From: Octopus vulgaris
Lineage: Eukaryota
Assembly (NCBI GenBank): GCA_951406725.2
Contig: OX597819.1
Span: 106,640,001-106,704,000 of the forward strand
DNA length: 64,000 nt
Direction: 5' to 3'
The position numbers and the translations under genes were made by a program. Of this stretch, positions 1-12,725 are shown piece by piece. Within the stretch, counting starts at the first letter, position 1, and each line of letters begins with the position of its first letter. Below the pieces are notes generated by a model, which saw nothing but the letters and a program-made list of their open reading frames with translations, had not been told where the DNA came from and searched no databases.

Positions 1-929
1 GTTGTGAATGCTCTTTATTCCTAATTTCTTTGACATGAGTTTTACAGCTGCATGTCCTTCGTGCACAATGGGCTTGATCACTTCTGTTGTTTCTGGTATA
101 TGTGCGTGTGTTTGTATTCTATGCAAATGATCAGAAGTCAAGAAATCAGTCCTTAAAATAAAAAAGAGCTACGTATTACGTCCATGTTAGGCATATATAT
201 TCTTCACAGGCTTACCGTCACAAATCTAGTGAGTCCATAACTGGCCCATTTGAAATCTGTAACAAAATTCACTTATATATAAATAGATGGAAGTATAATT
301 TGATATCAATTTATTTTAGGATATTTTCTTTATATTGTTATATTCGTTCCTTTAAACATCAAGATACAGATGGATATATTGCCAACTGAGAAATAATTTT
401 AGAATGGGGAGTAAACTTGTAATGAATCCACGCTCATTAGATATGTTGTCAATGTCAATATAACATAAGACTATTTCTCAACTAGGATACTGGATGGTTC
501 ACAGTTTCAAAAATAAAATGCCTAGGTGCTAATATCGGTGAACTTTGGTTCATTGTTTTACCTACATTTCCATTTCCTTTTCATTCATCTATGATCGATA
601 AAATAGCACCAATGAATAGAATATATCTTGGGCTCAAATTCACAACGGTGCCTGTTTTCTCTAAAAATCTGCTGCCACATTTCCTTCAGATAACACCTAA
701 ATCTATCAGATATTGAACAACATAGTGTATAATGCAGTCGTAGATGCAAAATGTGGATTGACTACTTCTAGATCGCCTCTCGTAAAGCTGCTCTATCCAT
801 TTTGAGGATAAGCTATATCCTACATCCTAGCTATATCCTAGATCGACTGTGAACAGTATCACTCCAAACCGTTTCAGTCGCCAACAAACACCTGTTACTT
901 GGCTTCTAGGTTTGCTCAATTATTGCCAA

Positions 930-1125
930 ATAAATATTTCTTCCTGCTATAGGCACAAGGCGGAGAAGCAAATAGAATACATCGAAACCAGTGTCCTCAT
1001 GTTACTTATTTTATCAAACACGAAAGGTTGAAAGGCAAAATGTGTCGCGTCAGAATTTCAAGCCGAATAAACGTCTGGCAGCTTTTCATCCTTCACATTA
1101 GCGATTATGCCAGCTCGCTGCCAAT
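930..1125 (-). mobile_element. Degenerate tRNA-derived SINE (Meta-domain-like family)
   Basis: atcgaaaccagtg...ttattttatcaaac...gaaaggttgaaaggcaaa...agaatttcaa resembles the better-preserved copies at 12258-12725. Confidence 0.6.
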
Positions 1126-2049
1126 TTTCAGTGCACGTAATGTAACACAGACACAAACGTATATATATATTAGATCGTTTATATTTACCAGCGACTGAAA
1201 TAAAAAAAAAAACTATCGAAATCAACAAAGATTGCACAATCATAAAACTTTTACATGTAAACTGCATGCTAATTGGTTAAAATAAAGGCGGGATCTATGC
1301 CTGTAATATCGGTGCACTTGGCAAACCGTGACGTTTAATTTGCACGCTGATTGGTCAAAACCGTATTCGAAAAATTCAGTTTGTCGGATCCTTCTAAAAG
1401 ATATAAAAAGGAAGAAGTCAGTCATATTACTACAGTTGTCAAGACCTCAACTCGCAGTTAAATACATTTTGAAATCTGATGATTACTACAAACGTATGAA
1501 AGCGATAATTGAAGATTATGAACATTACAAAATATATTTTTAAATATTACAAAATATCATTCTAATGTTTAACACACTTCGACATTGCAAACATTGTTTG
1601 AAAACAAAAAAAAATGTGAAATCCAGACCATGTTGTAACTTTATTCAACTGATATATATGTGTTTGTGTAAGCTTGTATGTGTGTGTATGTACGTGTGTG
1701 GATGCGTTCTTGTTTGCTTGTTTGTTATTATATACATTTTCTCGTATTCTACAGACATTAATTAAAATATGGACTGTCCCTGTGATACTTTTTACAATAT
1801 ATCTGTATCAGAATATTTTTGTTAAATATCTGTAACCTTCTCATGAGTATATTGGTAGTGAAATGTCTTTTGCAAAAGTTCCCTCATGTTTGCCCGTTGC
1901 TAAGCATTGCTAAACATTTTTATATGCGTGTATGTATTCATGTACGTGTGTATGCATATGGCTATATATATATATTAGTGTGAGCGTGCGTGAGCGTGTA
2001 TTCGGAACAAGCAGGACGTTAAGAAAACAACTCCCATAAATTTAAGACC

Positions 2050-2115
<66 letters not shown>

Positions 2116-2261
2116 CTTTGTGTGTGTGTGTGTGTTTGTGTATGCGTGTCTGTGTATATACATATTTATATATATATATGCACATTATCTCTCTCTCTCT
2201 GTCTATCTATCTACTATCTATATATGTATATATACGTGTATACATATATATATATGTATAC

Positions 2262-2292
<31 letters not shown>

Positions 2293-2598
2293 CTATTTGC
2301 CAACTCAAGGCACATAGTAAACATAGGCTGACACACTCAGGCACACATTCACACACGCAGATATACATACTATCACTCAGACATATACGTAAACATGAAT
2401 ACACGTACACTAAAATATTTGGTAATGCTTAGCAACATGCAAACAAAAGGAACACTTGTAAGAGACATCTAAATATAAATACTCATGTGACAAGATTATA
2501 CAGTGTGTAAAGAAAATATTCTGAGAATGAATGATGGAAAATTTCAAAAAGAGGTGCATTATGAAAGAACTGATATATAGGGTGTATGTGTGTGTGCT

Positions 2599-2632
<34 letters not shown>

Positions 2633-2635
2633 GCA

Positions 2636-2721
<86 letters not shown>

Positions 2722-3229
2722 CATATATATATACATGTATAAATATATACATATATATATATGTATGCAAATATATAGTATACATATACATACATATATA
2801 CACACGTATATGTTTGTCTGTGTGTGCGTGTGTGTGTATGTGTGCGTGCATGCGTGGTGCGTGTGTGAGTGTGTGTGTGTGTTTTTTGCCTGTGCGTATT
2901 TTTGAAATTTGAAGAAAGATTTTTTCAATTGAAAATGATATTAAAGATTCTTTAAAAAAACGGAATGACGCGGACTATTTGGAAGGATGTTTTCTCATTA
3001 TGCGTACGCGCTACAGCAGTTTAGTGATTTTCAAATACATTTATTATAAAGGAAATTCCTTTTAGCTGCGCTGCTGACTATGTTGAGTGTAGTTTCGGAT
3101 TTAAAATTCTTACAAAGTATTCAGTTTTTGTCATTCATAGCTGATCACGATCTTCTGTTTATTTTTTTCTTTTTGTGGGAAAAATCAGAAATATTTCGAA
3201 TTATTCGTTTGCACAGATGTCAACATGCT

Positions 3230-3660
3230 CACTACCACGAAGACAACCACTAAATCTTTAAAAAATTCTTAACAAAGACGAATTCACATTGGAAGTAGAT
3301 ATATGTAGATAATACATAGTAGAGACCTTCGTTGTTGGACGTTTGAAAAACAATGAACAGGGAACGACCAAAAAAATATTGATGAATATGAAGATTTTAA
3401 TGTTAACAAACAAATCTCATTTACTGCATCGTAAGTACGCAATGCAATGAGGATTATACTGGCGAAACGGGATCAGATTTAATATATCATGTTAAGGTAC
3501 ATAAACAACAAATTTAAGATGGATCTTTGAGAAATGAACCATTTAGTGCAAATATTATTAGTGCAAATAGAAAATTTAAAATATTTCCATTTTTCAATAT
3601 CATAAAAAAATACGAAAGGCAAAGAAACTATAGTTAGTATGAAGTCTAAAGCCGAAACTA
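3230..3660 (+). pseudogene. Penelope-like GIY-YIG endonuclease fragment
   Basis: 3413-3472 translates NLIYCIVSTQCNEDYTGETG (IY...YxGET signature); FKIFPFF lies downstream; frame is broken. Confidence 0.6.
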
Positions 3661-3949
3661 AATCGGAAATAGTTCATACCAGTATCATTATGCACAATAT
3701 AGCAGCTTTGGATACATGGCAAGATTGATCATTATTCATATTTGCGCCTCACTCGCACCTTTCAATTTCGATCTAGCAAACTCACACACAAGGCTTTGAT
3801 TGACTCTCGACGCTATTGTAGATGACATTTGTCCAAAGTACCACGAGTAGGTCTGCACCCAGAAGCAAACTTTATTACAACAGGGACACAGAGATATACA
3901 TATATATATAGGTTTCACATTTTTGAACGTAGTTAGCAACTTCGAGAAC

Positions 3950-4130
3950 GAGTAGGTCGTCGATTACATCGATCCCAGTACTCACCTGGAACTTATTTTA
4001 TCAACCCCAAAATAATGAAAGGCAAAGTCAGTCGCGGTAGAATTTGAACTCAGAAACTCAAAACGCAAAGACCGACGAACTGACTCCATGCAGTTTCTTC
4101 AGCGTGGTAACGACTCTGCCAACTCACCCA
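3950..4130 (-). mobile_element. tRNA-derived SINE (Meta-domain-like family)
   Basis: gtcgattacatcgatcccagtac...tgaaaggcaaagtc...gaatttgaactcagaa; B-box-like gagttcaaattc on the minus strand. Confidence 0.75.
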
Positions 4131-4877
4131 ACATTTCTGTGTGAAAGTGTATTTAAACAAATGAATATTAAACCGAAAATTTATCAATACTTTTCGTAGA
4201 GTACATATCTATTAAATGCTTGCAAGGAAAACATTGACAGTTATTTCGGAGTATTCTTCGTCAGATAGTCTGACAAATAAAAATGACTAAGTTACTGCAA
4301 GGATATTCCTTGCAAAATATTAAAAAATATATGAACACATCCATCCATCCACCCACCCAACCATTCATTCAGCCATCAATCGATCCATATATTCATACAT
4401 TAATTCGGTTATCACGTGATAAAAATTTTGTTTTATCCTTAGCTAAGGACAAACGAAAAGCAGACACTTGTTTGCACAAGGTTATTCAAAATAAACGTTA
4501 TAGTTTATATACATAAGTGTATGTATGTGTGTGTATTTTAAACTCTGTAATGCGTACTGAAGTGATTCATGTTTCGGTGGAAGATGTGTCGTGGATGGGG
4601 GTGTAGAGGCTCGCTATTGGTTGCAGGAGCGATTTGATATGAAGTAGAATGCTGATTTTGGTTGAATTTCGTTTTGTTAGTTAGTACAGAGGTTGAATCG
4701 GATTGGAAGAGGTACCAAGTACAAATAGAATACAACTTAATCAGCATTACCTAATATAACGGTGTACTGTTGACAACTACTGTAACGGTGTGGATGTTAT
4801 TTCATTTATTCTTTATTTTATATTCTACCTGATAGAGATTGACATACTGATATTTGGCAATAATGAATGCATTCAGC

Positions 4878-5100
4878 AAAATGGGTTACTCAGTAGTCAC
4901 CAAACCACCCTACGATACGTATCTAGCTCCCTCCGAACCCTACCTGTTGGGTTCAATGAAAGACCGTCTTTGGGGACAACGATTTGATTAAGTAAAATTA
5001 GGGAAACTGGATGGAAAAGATTAGGTACAACAGTGCACACCAAACATTTTTAAGGAAGACTCGCACAGTCATTTTCTTGTAATGGAGATGAAGCTGTGTA
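4878..5100 (+). pseudogene. mariner transposase C-terminal remnant
   Basis: KPPYDTYLAPSEPYLLGSMKDRLWGQRFD resembles the mariner HPPYSPDLAPSDYxLF..LK..LxGxRF motif. Confidence 0.6.
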
Positions 5101-5217
5101 CTGCCTTCGTATAGAGGAAGAGTTCCTTTACCATTTTCAATCACCTATGTAAACTCCTGATAAAGCTATGCCGACATTTGCATTATCTTCAGTAGACCCA
5201 GGTATGTCCAAGTATAT

Positions 5218-5219
5218 GC

Positions 5220-5297
<78 letters not shown>
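5218..5297. repeat. (TATC)n microsatellite at the 5' flank of the Tx1-like LINE
   Basis: Direct reading; the tract resumes at about 6453-6522. Confidence 0.95.
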
Positions 5298-5298
<1 letters not shown>

Positions 5299-6452
5299 GG
5301 GTGGTCACTCTCGCCCGGCAATGGGCCGAGAGGAAACTGTCCCTAAAAGGTCGGGCGGAGGTGGCGAACACGTACACCGCGTCCGTCATCTACTACCGCC
5401 TGACCGTCGTGCCTTGTCCCGACCCTACCATCACCAAACTACAACGCATTCTCTTTCGTTTCTTGTGGAAAGGATGCGTCCCGATGGTCAGGCGATCCAT
5501 TTGCTGTCAACACCCGTTAAAAGGAGGACTGGGCATGCCGTGGTTGATGATGCGCAGACACGGCTCGAGAAACACGGGGCCGACCTGCCCGAGATGCGGT
5601 CAGGGCGACGAAACCGTTCTGCACGCACTCATGCAGTGTCCAACAATGTCCGACCTGTGGGTTTATGTCGAACAACTGCTGTCACGTGTGGGACGAGTCG
5701 GTTTATCAGCTGAGTCTATCGTCAATATTGTCACGCCTCCTTCCTTCAAACGGGAAGGAAGAGCTATTTTCATCATCCTTGTGGCTATGGCGAAAGAATG
5801 TATCTGGTGGACGCGTCTGAAAGGATTGGAGACAAACACTTTCCTCTCTGGTCAATCTCTCATCAACTTCTTCAAGTACCACTTGAAAAGGAAAGTGAGA
5901 GTAGAGAGGCAAGTTTTGTCTAGCGAATGTTTTAAAAAAAGATGGGTGAATGTAGCAAGGATGGCACGTATGAATGACGAAGCCACCTTGAGCAAAATCC
6001 TATGAGCCCAGAAATTGAAAGCAGAGTGTTACCCACTTGCAAACAAATGTGGTAACATATAACAATATTGACCAAGGTTACCGTGGTCTTTTTCGTAGGC
6101 TTTTCTTCCCACGGATAAACCTTACTTGCTTTCCCCTTTACACCATATATCATAACACTGTGATACACGATCCCTATTGATCGTTTTTTTTCCTCTTCCC
6201 CTTTTTTCTTCTTTTTTCATTTCTCTTTTCTTTTGTTCCTTTTCCTTTTCTTTATTTTATTTTAATTTTTTTTCATTTTATTTATTTATTTATTTATTGT
6301 TCTTTTCTTCCCTTTTACGATCCCTCTTGATCGAAAACCTACGCCACCCACCTTTTTTCTTTTGTTTTTTGTTTTTTTCATCCCTCAAAAGAAAAGCTCT
6401 ACCTTGTAACTTGTCCCATCTGTGTGCAGCCCTGTGTGGCCAATAAAGAAAC
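5298..6452 (+). mobile_element. 5'-truncated, internally deleted L1/Tx1-clade LINE (ORF2 C-terminus plus 3' UTR)
   Basis: ORF 5301-6005 has W..RKLSLKGRA...LFRFLW.G...VRRSICCQHPLKGGLG (post-RT region) and CPRCGQGDETVLHALMQCP (zf-RVT-like CCHC); T-rich 3' UTR ends aataaagaaac then (TATC)n. Confidence 0.88.
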
Positions 6453-6489
6453 TTATCTATCTATCTAACTAGCTACCTGTCTGTCTGTT

Positions 6490-6523
<34 letters not shown>

Positions 6524-7125
6524 TTTTCAGTATGCTCTGCCACTTCAAACATGAATATCTAATCGTTGTTGTTATTGATTAACATCACTGCACCTATTTT
6601 TATGTTGTGTGCAGATGACACTCAAGGTTCATTGGTATAAAGTGACTTCGAAACACCGCAGTGTTAACCCTAATTGTGTCTCTCCTAAAACTACTCTGGC
6701 GAACTGATAAATCTAAAAAGAGCACGAGGTCTTCTTTATAAAAATTAATGAAGAAACATTTACTGATGCGTGCTGATAGCTGACAAATAGACAATGATTT
6801 ATAGTGTACGCACATAACACAGAGAATGCAGCTTTGGTACAGTATTGCTACACTGGTTACTATTAAAATGCAAACAGCTACACTAGCTACTCGTGAATCA
6901 TCTTATCCGGCGTTCTAATATTGCAACGAATCCACTACATTTGATTTTAAATATTTTCTCGAATCAGAGTGTATGATTTCAAGAATATTTGAACTCAGAG
7001 CGCAAGTTTCGCAGCAAATACGCAAGACGTCATAGCACACGCTCTAATGGAATTGCAAATTTGCCTTATATATATACATATGCTCCAAACGTAAAACCAT
7101 CTTTCTTTCCTTCCCATGCATATAC

Positions 7126-7292
7126 GCGCAGAAGCGGCTGTGTGGTGTGTAGCTTACTTACCAACAACATGGTTCCGGGTTCAGTCGCAGAGCGTAGTAC
7201 CTTCGGCAAATATCATGTACTATAGCTTCGGGCCGACCAAAGCCTTGTGAGTAGATTTCGTAGATGGAAACTGAAAGAAGCACTTCGTATAC

Positions 7293-7334
<42 letters not shown>

Positions 7335-7548
7335 TCGTTTTTCTCCCCCATCATCGCTTGATAACCGATATTGGAGTATTTAATGCCCCGCCTCCGTAAG
7401 ATAGCTGTTTAGCAAAAACAGGTCGATAGAATAACTACTAGGCTTACAAAGAATAAGTCCTCGGTTCAATTTATTTGACTAAAGGCGGTGCTCCAGCATG
7501 ACTGCACTCAAATGACTGAAAAAAATTAAAGAATAAACGAATAAAAGA
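7126..7548 (+). mobile_element. tRNA-derived CORE-type SINE with internal (TA)n(TG)n
   Basis: Head ggctgtgtggt...ggttccgggttcagtc; body gggccgaccaaagccttgtgag; tail ggcggtgctccagcatg...aaatgactgaaa; many copies in this window. Confidence 0.85.
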
Positions 7549-7589
7549 AAACGTAACAACAGAAAACAGCAGATTTTTTCGATCTCTTT

Positions 7590-8240
7590 TCTCGAATACT
7601 ATTGCTTTCTGTTGTTATTTTCAGTGTTTTATTGGTTGTTTTCTGAGGGTTTTAACACTTATGTCTAGCAGGCAGGCATATTCATGTGTCCTTATCATAT
7701 GAATTTTAAATACATGGCTATATAATGCTAATCTAGGCCTGCCACCACTTATATCTTTATTGTTGTTATTATCAATTATTTATATTGCCCTCGATAACAA
7801 TAACAATAATAATATCTATTTGGATATTCACTCCCGAATATTTGCTCCATGTTGAAACTTTTCACACTGAGGTTGGTCCGATTTGGTGCTGAACACTTCA
7901 GAGAGCCTGCAGATTTCAGCTTGACGGGTTGGGAAGTTGTTTTCAAATGGGCGACACGTACTGATGAAGGTAAGATTTATCTCATATACACTAGAAGCAA
8001 GAAATATATAGCACTTTGCTATATAAGTTTGCCCGAATAATATTGTTTTCTATTGTTATTTTCAGTGTTTTATTGGTGGTTTAATGAGGGCTTCAGGTCT
8101 TATGCCTAGCAGGCAGGCACATTGGTGTGCCCTTATCATATGAATTTTAAATATATGGCTATATAATGCCTGTCTCTGCTTATATTATTATTGTTGTTAT
8201 TACCCACTGTTTACAATACTCCCGATAATAATATAGATCT
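7590..8240 (+). repeat. Partially tandem non-coding repeat (probable PLE pseudo-LTR family)
   Basis: About 7600-7730 repeats at about 8042-8170; 7718-7910 is homologous to 22640-22868; abuts PLE coding fragments. Confidence 0.65.
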
Positions 8241-8254
8241 GATATAATAATAAA

Positions 8255-8440
8255 ATAAGATCTGATAGGGTTGCCTGGCTTTTCAACAACCTTAATTCTT
8301 AGTTTAAGTTTAACTAGGGTCCTTCTAAAGCGGTACGCCAGTTCACCTCCAGGGGTGGTGTCAACGAACATGACACTCTGGTATTTATGGCTATCATACC
8401 AAGAGTTGGCCTTCCCTATTTTCTTTTTTGTCCTTTCTAT
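8255..8440 (-). pseudogene. Penelope-like RT-EN linker fragment, inverted relative to the adjacent endonuclease
   Basis: VMFVDTTPGGELAYRFRR...IKVVEKPGNPIRS resembles the PLE linker. Confidence 0.6.
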
Positions 8441-8539
8441 ATGTGTATATTAGGTCTATAATTCGTAGAACCTATCCTTTTAGTAGAACCCTCTGAACGG
8501 ATAACTATTGCACTGTATGTAGATTTAGCCCACAAACAA

Positions 8540-8877
8540 ACTGTAAAGCCAGAAATGTGGTCTATAGTATAAGATGTATAGAGGGACGATGCAGTAACAA
8601 GACAGTAACATACGTAGGGGAAACAGCAAGAAGCATTGGAGAGCGGGTGAATGAACATTGGAGACAACTCAAGGAAGGTAAGAGCTCATCGATTCTGTAC
8701 CAACACGCCGAACAGGAACACGGGGGATCAATCAATAACATAGAGATTAAGATATTGTCCACACATAGAACAGATGCAACAATTAGACAAATTACAGAAG
8801 CTACACATATAATAGAAAATAAACCTAGCCTGAATAGAAAACTAGAATGGAGCAATAGCACACACCACAACATATGA
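8540..8877 (+). pseudogene. Penelope-like GIY-YIG endonuclease domain (element C-terminus)
   Basis: NVVYSIRC...TYVGETARSIGERVNEH...LYQHAEQEH...RQITEATHIIENKPSLNRKLEW. Confidence 0.85.
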
Positions 8878-9015
8878 CGATAGTGGATCCTGCAAACATA
8901 ATAAATACACAGATAATTAAAGAAATAGAAATGAATAACTATATATATGTATATGTATCTATGTATGTATATGTGAATATATATATATATATGTATATGT
9001 GTATATGTGTGTGTA

Positions 9016-9063
<48 letters not shown>

Positions 9064-9385
9064 TTTTTTCGATTAGATTTATTATTATTATTACTAATAT
9101 TGTTGTTATACATACATACAAGCATATGTAATGATAATAATGGATGGATGTAAACACATGAACAAAATTAGAACAAAAGCAACAACAACAAAAACAAAAT
9201 ACAAATTACATGAATGTATATAAACAGAAGATACAAATATTACAGGCATCCCCCCCACACACACACTAATAAACATAGACGCACATAGAGATATAAGCAT
9301 GCGCAAATGAAGACATACAATAGAAATACAAAATGGCTGACGGTTAGTAAGGAGAGACACAAATAAGTGAGAAGAAAACAAAGGA

Positions 9386-9425
9386 CTACTGATGCGGTCA
9401 CAGGAGTGTGACGAAAGAACTTTGG
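9386..9425 (+). ncRNA. Hammerhead-like motif (core variant CUGAUGC) downstream of the PLE endonuclease
   Basis: cta CTGATGC g gtcaca ggag tgtgac GAAA gaac TT tgg: 6-bp stem II, GAAA, near-palindromic stem III. Confidence 0.5.
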
Positions 9426-9541
9426 CCGAAATAAGATTAAGATTAATGTAAAAAATAAATATTACCGAAGCAAAATAACACCAAATATATAGTGCGTGTG
9501 TTTTTATTGGCTAAACTGGCAATATGACCATTCCGAAATAT

Positions 9542-9584
<43 letters not shown>

Positions 9585-9644
9585 TGAATATATATGTATG
9601 TATATAAATATACATATAGATTTATACACACAAAACACACACAC

Positions 9645-9702
<58 letters not shown>

Positions 9703-10089
9703 AATTATTAACGCAGTTCTTTCGATGTGTGTATATAAAATCCCATAAGATTATTTTAAATAATTTTGACTGCGTATTTTCATATTGGTATTAGATATAC
9801 GTTTATTAAGCAATTCTTATATAGTTTACTCATACATACCTATCTATCTGTGGGAACGTGTGTGTGTGTGTGTGTGCGTGTGTGTGTGCGCGCGCGTGCG
9901 TGTGTGTGTGTGTTTATTTGTACATCGCTTTCTTTTGCATTAAAATGAAAGTTAGTGACGAATGAAAGTTAATTATGGTTTCCACATATCGCTATGCATA
10001 TGCGTATACATACAAACACACTTAAATATATATATGTGTGTGTGATTATATATATATATATATATATACATGTATATATGTATAAATAT

Positions 10090-10153
<64 letters not shown>

Positions 10154-11139
10154 GTGTGATTGTGTTTGATCATATGTGCATGTATGTACGTATACTATAG
10201 GTACCAACATGCAGTAACTCATGTCGTATACTAAGCGTAGCAGTTGAATATTTGTTTGATGGATATCCATCTTTATTTTGTAATTTATATTTTTTACTCT
10301 CTTTTATGAAATTACTGTCAATATTTATGTATTATCCCTTAAGGCTATACATACTGACGCTTCAATGTATTTGAAAATGATGTATGAAACTAACCAGTCT
10401 TGCATTCGCCTCTTTGATACTATGACGTTCAACACATTTTCTTTTATGCCTCTCTCTGCTATGCTTCCATATGTTGCTAAGAATAAATAAATAAATGAAA
10501 CGCCTAAATCTATAATTGGTTTTTTGAACTGCATAAAGAAGTCATCTCTGTTTGCTCTCCGGCACTGGTTATTCAAATATAACCTATTGATTTTTTTGCA
10601 AAGATGCAAGGTTTCATGTTTATAGATTATGGTAAGAAATAAAAATCTGAATTGCATTCTACTACACACTTTTGTAGGGATGAAATTTCAAATCTCTGAT
10701 ATGGTTACTAACGATAGACTTAGTTTAAATTTAAAACACCGGTTTCTTTCGCTATGTCCAAAACAGCAATATTTTAAGCATGAAAAGCGTGAGTACCTTG
10801 TGTTCATGTATTTCATCAAATATTTATTAGTAGCACTGTATTGCATGTAGGAACCTTGCTGTCTACTAAGGCTTTCAGCACATGTATCATATGTTGGATT
10901 TTACGATTCAAATATGCATTGTTACGTTAAAAACAATAGTAAAGTATGGCGTTCATGTGTTACCCCAGCTCTACAACACCTCCGACTGTATGCTAAACTA
11001 TCTGTAGAGATTGTTTTTTATATGCATGCAAGTTTCTACACCATGACGTTTTATCGAAAACAAATATCGTCAACTTGGGATGATACGATTTAATACCACT
11101 TTCGTCGGAGTTGTTGATGTCAGTCCACAAAAGGGCAGG

Positions 11140-11310
11140 AAAGATACCACAAGGTATTTTGAGCTCGATTTATTCATATTCCCACCAGTCCACCAACTTG
11201 GAGATTTTTCAAGCTACTCAGATGGATACAAGGTGAAATTTACTTCGACAGTCTTTGAACTCAGAGTGCTGACGCATTCCATCCAGTGCTCTAACGACTC
11301 TGCCAATTGT
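11140..11310 (-). mobile_element. Degenerate Meta-like SINE
   Basis: tttgaactcagagtgctgacgcattcc...tctaacgactctgccaa is homologous to the head of the other copies. Confidence 0.5.
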
Positions 11311-12257
11311 TGCAATAAAGGTGTATTACTAACGATAGATTTAATCTACTTTGTGCTCCTGCACGTCATTAGACATCTATTGAAAATATTTCGTTGAAAG
11401 ATAGTCACAACACCAGATAGTCGACTCTAATATATTACAGAAAATTTTATTAATCCCCATAAGCTAAAAGGCGAAGTGAGCCTCTTTGGTATTTGAACAC
11501 CCAATATATCATACAACTTAATTTAGGTGGGCATTTTGTTCGCTTTAGAATTGATATTTTCTACGCCCAATACATGATCTTTACTTAGCGTGCTATTATT
11601 CGACACAAAATATGTAATACCATATCCGACATTATATAGATAAATGTGTTCATCTTAAAAACACGATTCAGTGTTTCAAATGGATTCCACCTAAATTACA
11701 GTACACCAATACCTTGTCTACGAAGATTGTTTCATTTTGCATTTAGTAAATACCCATGTAGAAACGGACAGAAACGGACAGTGCATGACATCAATTCCCT
11801 TTTCCACTCTTATAGGTATGAAAATCTTACACAGACATAGACATAGATAAACACACACACGCACGCACTCACACATACACACAAACACATATACTTACGC
11901 ATAAACACACATTCACACATACAAACACATAAACATACACACGCATACACGTAAGCATCAACACATCTGCGCGCACGTACACGCACAAACACACACCACA
12001 CAGATATTGCTCATAGCTATTTCATTTCATTTACTTCAATAATTGTTTTAGGGAAAACCATGCAACAATGCAACACAATCCCATTTCCTCGAAGCAGTAA
12101 GTTGAATTCATCTTCTCGACCTCTCTTCCACCATAATGATACAGAGCTGAACTTCTTTTAGATTTGATTTCGAATTGATAGAATCAGAACTAAAACGATT
12201 AGGAAATATTCACCTACCCACTTTGAAATCTATCCAATGAATAATTCAAATATATAC

Positions 12258-12725
12258 CTTTCTGCTCTAGATACAAGGCTCGAAATTTTGTAGGGAGGGA
12301 GCCAGTCGATTAGATCGACCCCAGTACGCAACTGGTCCTTAATTTATCGACCCCGAAAGTATTAAGTCGATTAAGTCGATTACATCGACCCTAGTGCGTA
12401 ACTGGTACTTAATTTATCGACCCTGAAAGGATGAAAGGCAAAGTCTACCTCGGCGGAATTTGAACTCAGAACGTAAAGACAGACGAAATACTTATTTCTT
12501 TACTACCCACAAGGGGCTAAACACAGAGGAGACAAACAATGACAGACAAACGGATTAAGTCGATTACATCGACCATAGTGCGTAACTGGTACATAATTTA
12601 TTGACCCCGAAAGGATGAAAGGCAAAGTCGACCTCGGCGGAATTTGAACTCAGAACGTAGCAGCAGACGAAATATCGCTAAGAATTTCGCCCGGCATGCT
12701 AATGAATCAGCCAGCTCGCCGCCTT
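12258..12725 (-). mobile_element. Tandem/nested Meta-domain-like tRNA SINEs (2-3 units)
   Basis: Repeated gtcgattacatcgacc...actggtacttaatttatcgaccc.gaaaggatgaaaggcaaagtc.acctcggcggaatttgaactcagaacgta; tRNA-like head ends near 12725. Confidence 0.88.

Noticed and set aside
1-870. Possible decayed transposase sequence (also 10300-11050, 18900-19500 and 26880-27400)
   Set aside because: Only faint motif hints; too degenerate to assign by eye and needs a translated HMM search.
1975-2928. Overlapping ORFs rich in YI/CV/HT, with similar clusters at 9443, 17303, 21063, 34117-35277, 43005, 46653, 59055-60811, 61786 and 63771
   Set aside because: Translations of di-, tri- and tetranucleotide microsatellites; not genes.
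5321-5912. 130-aa and 68-aa ORFs overlapping the LINE
   Set aside because: Alternate and antisense frames of GC-rich Tx1-like ORF2 with no motifs.
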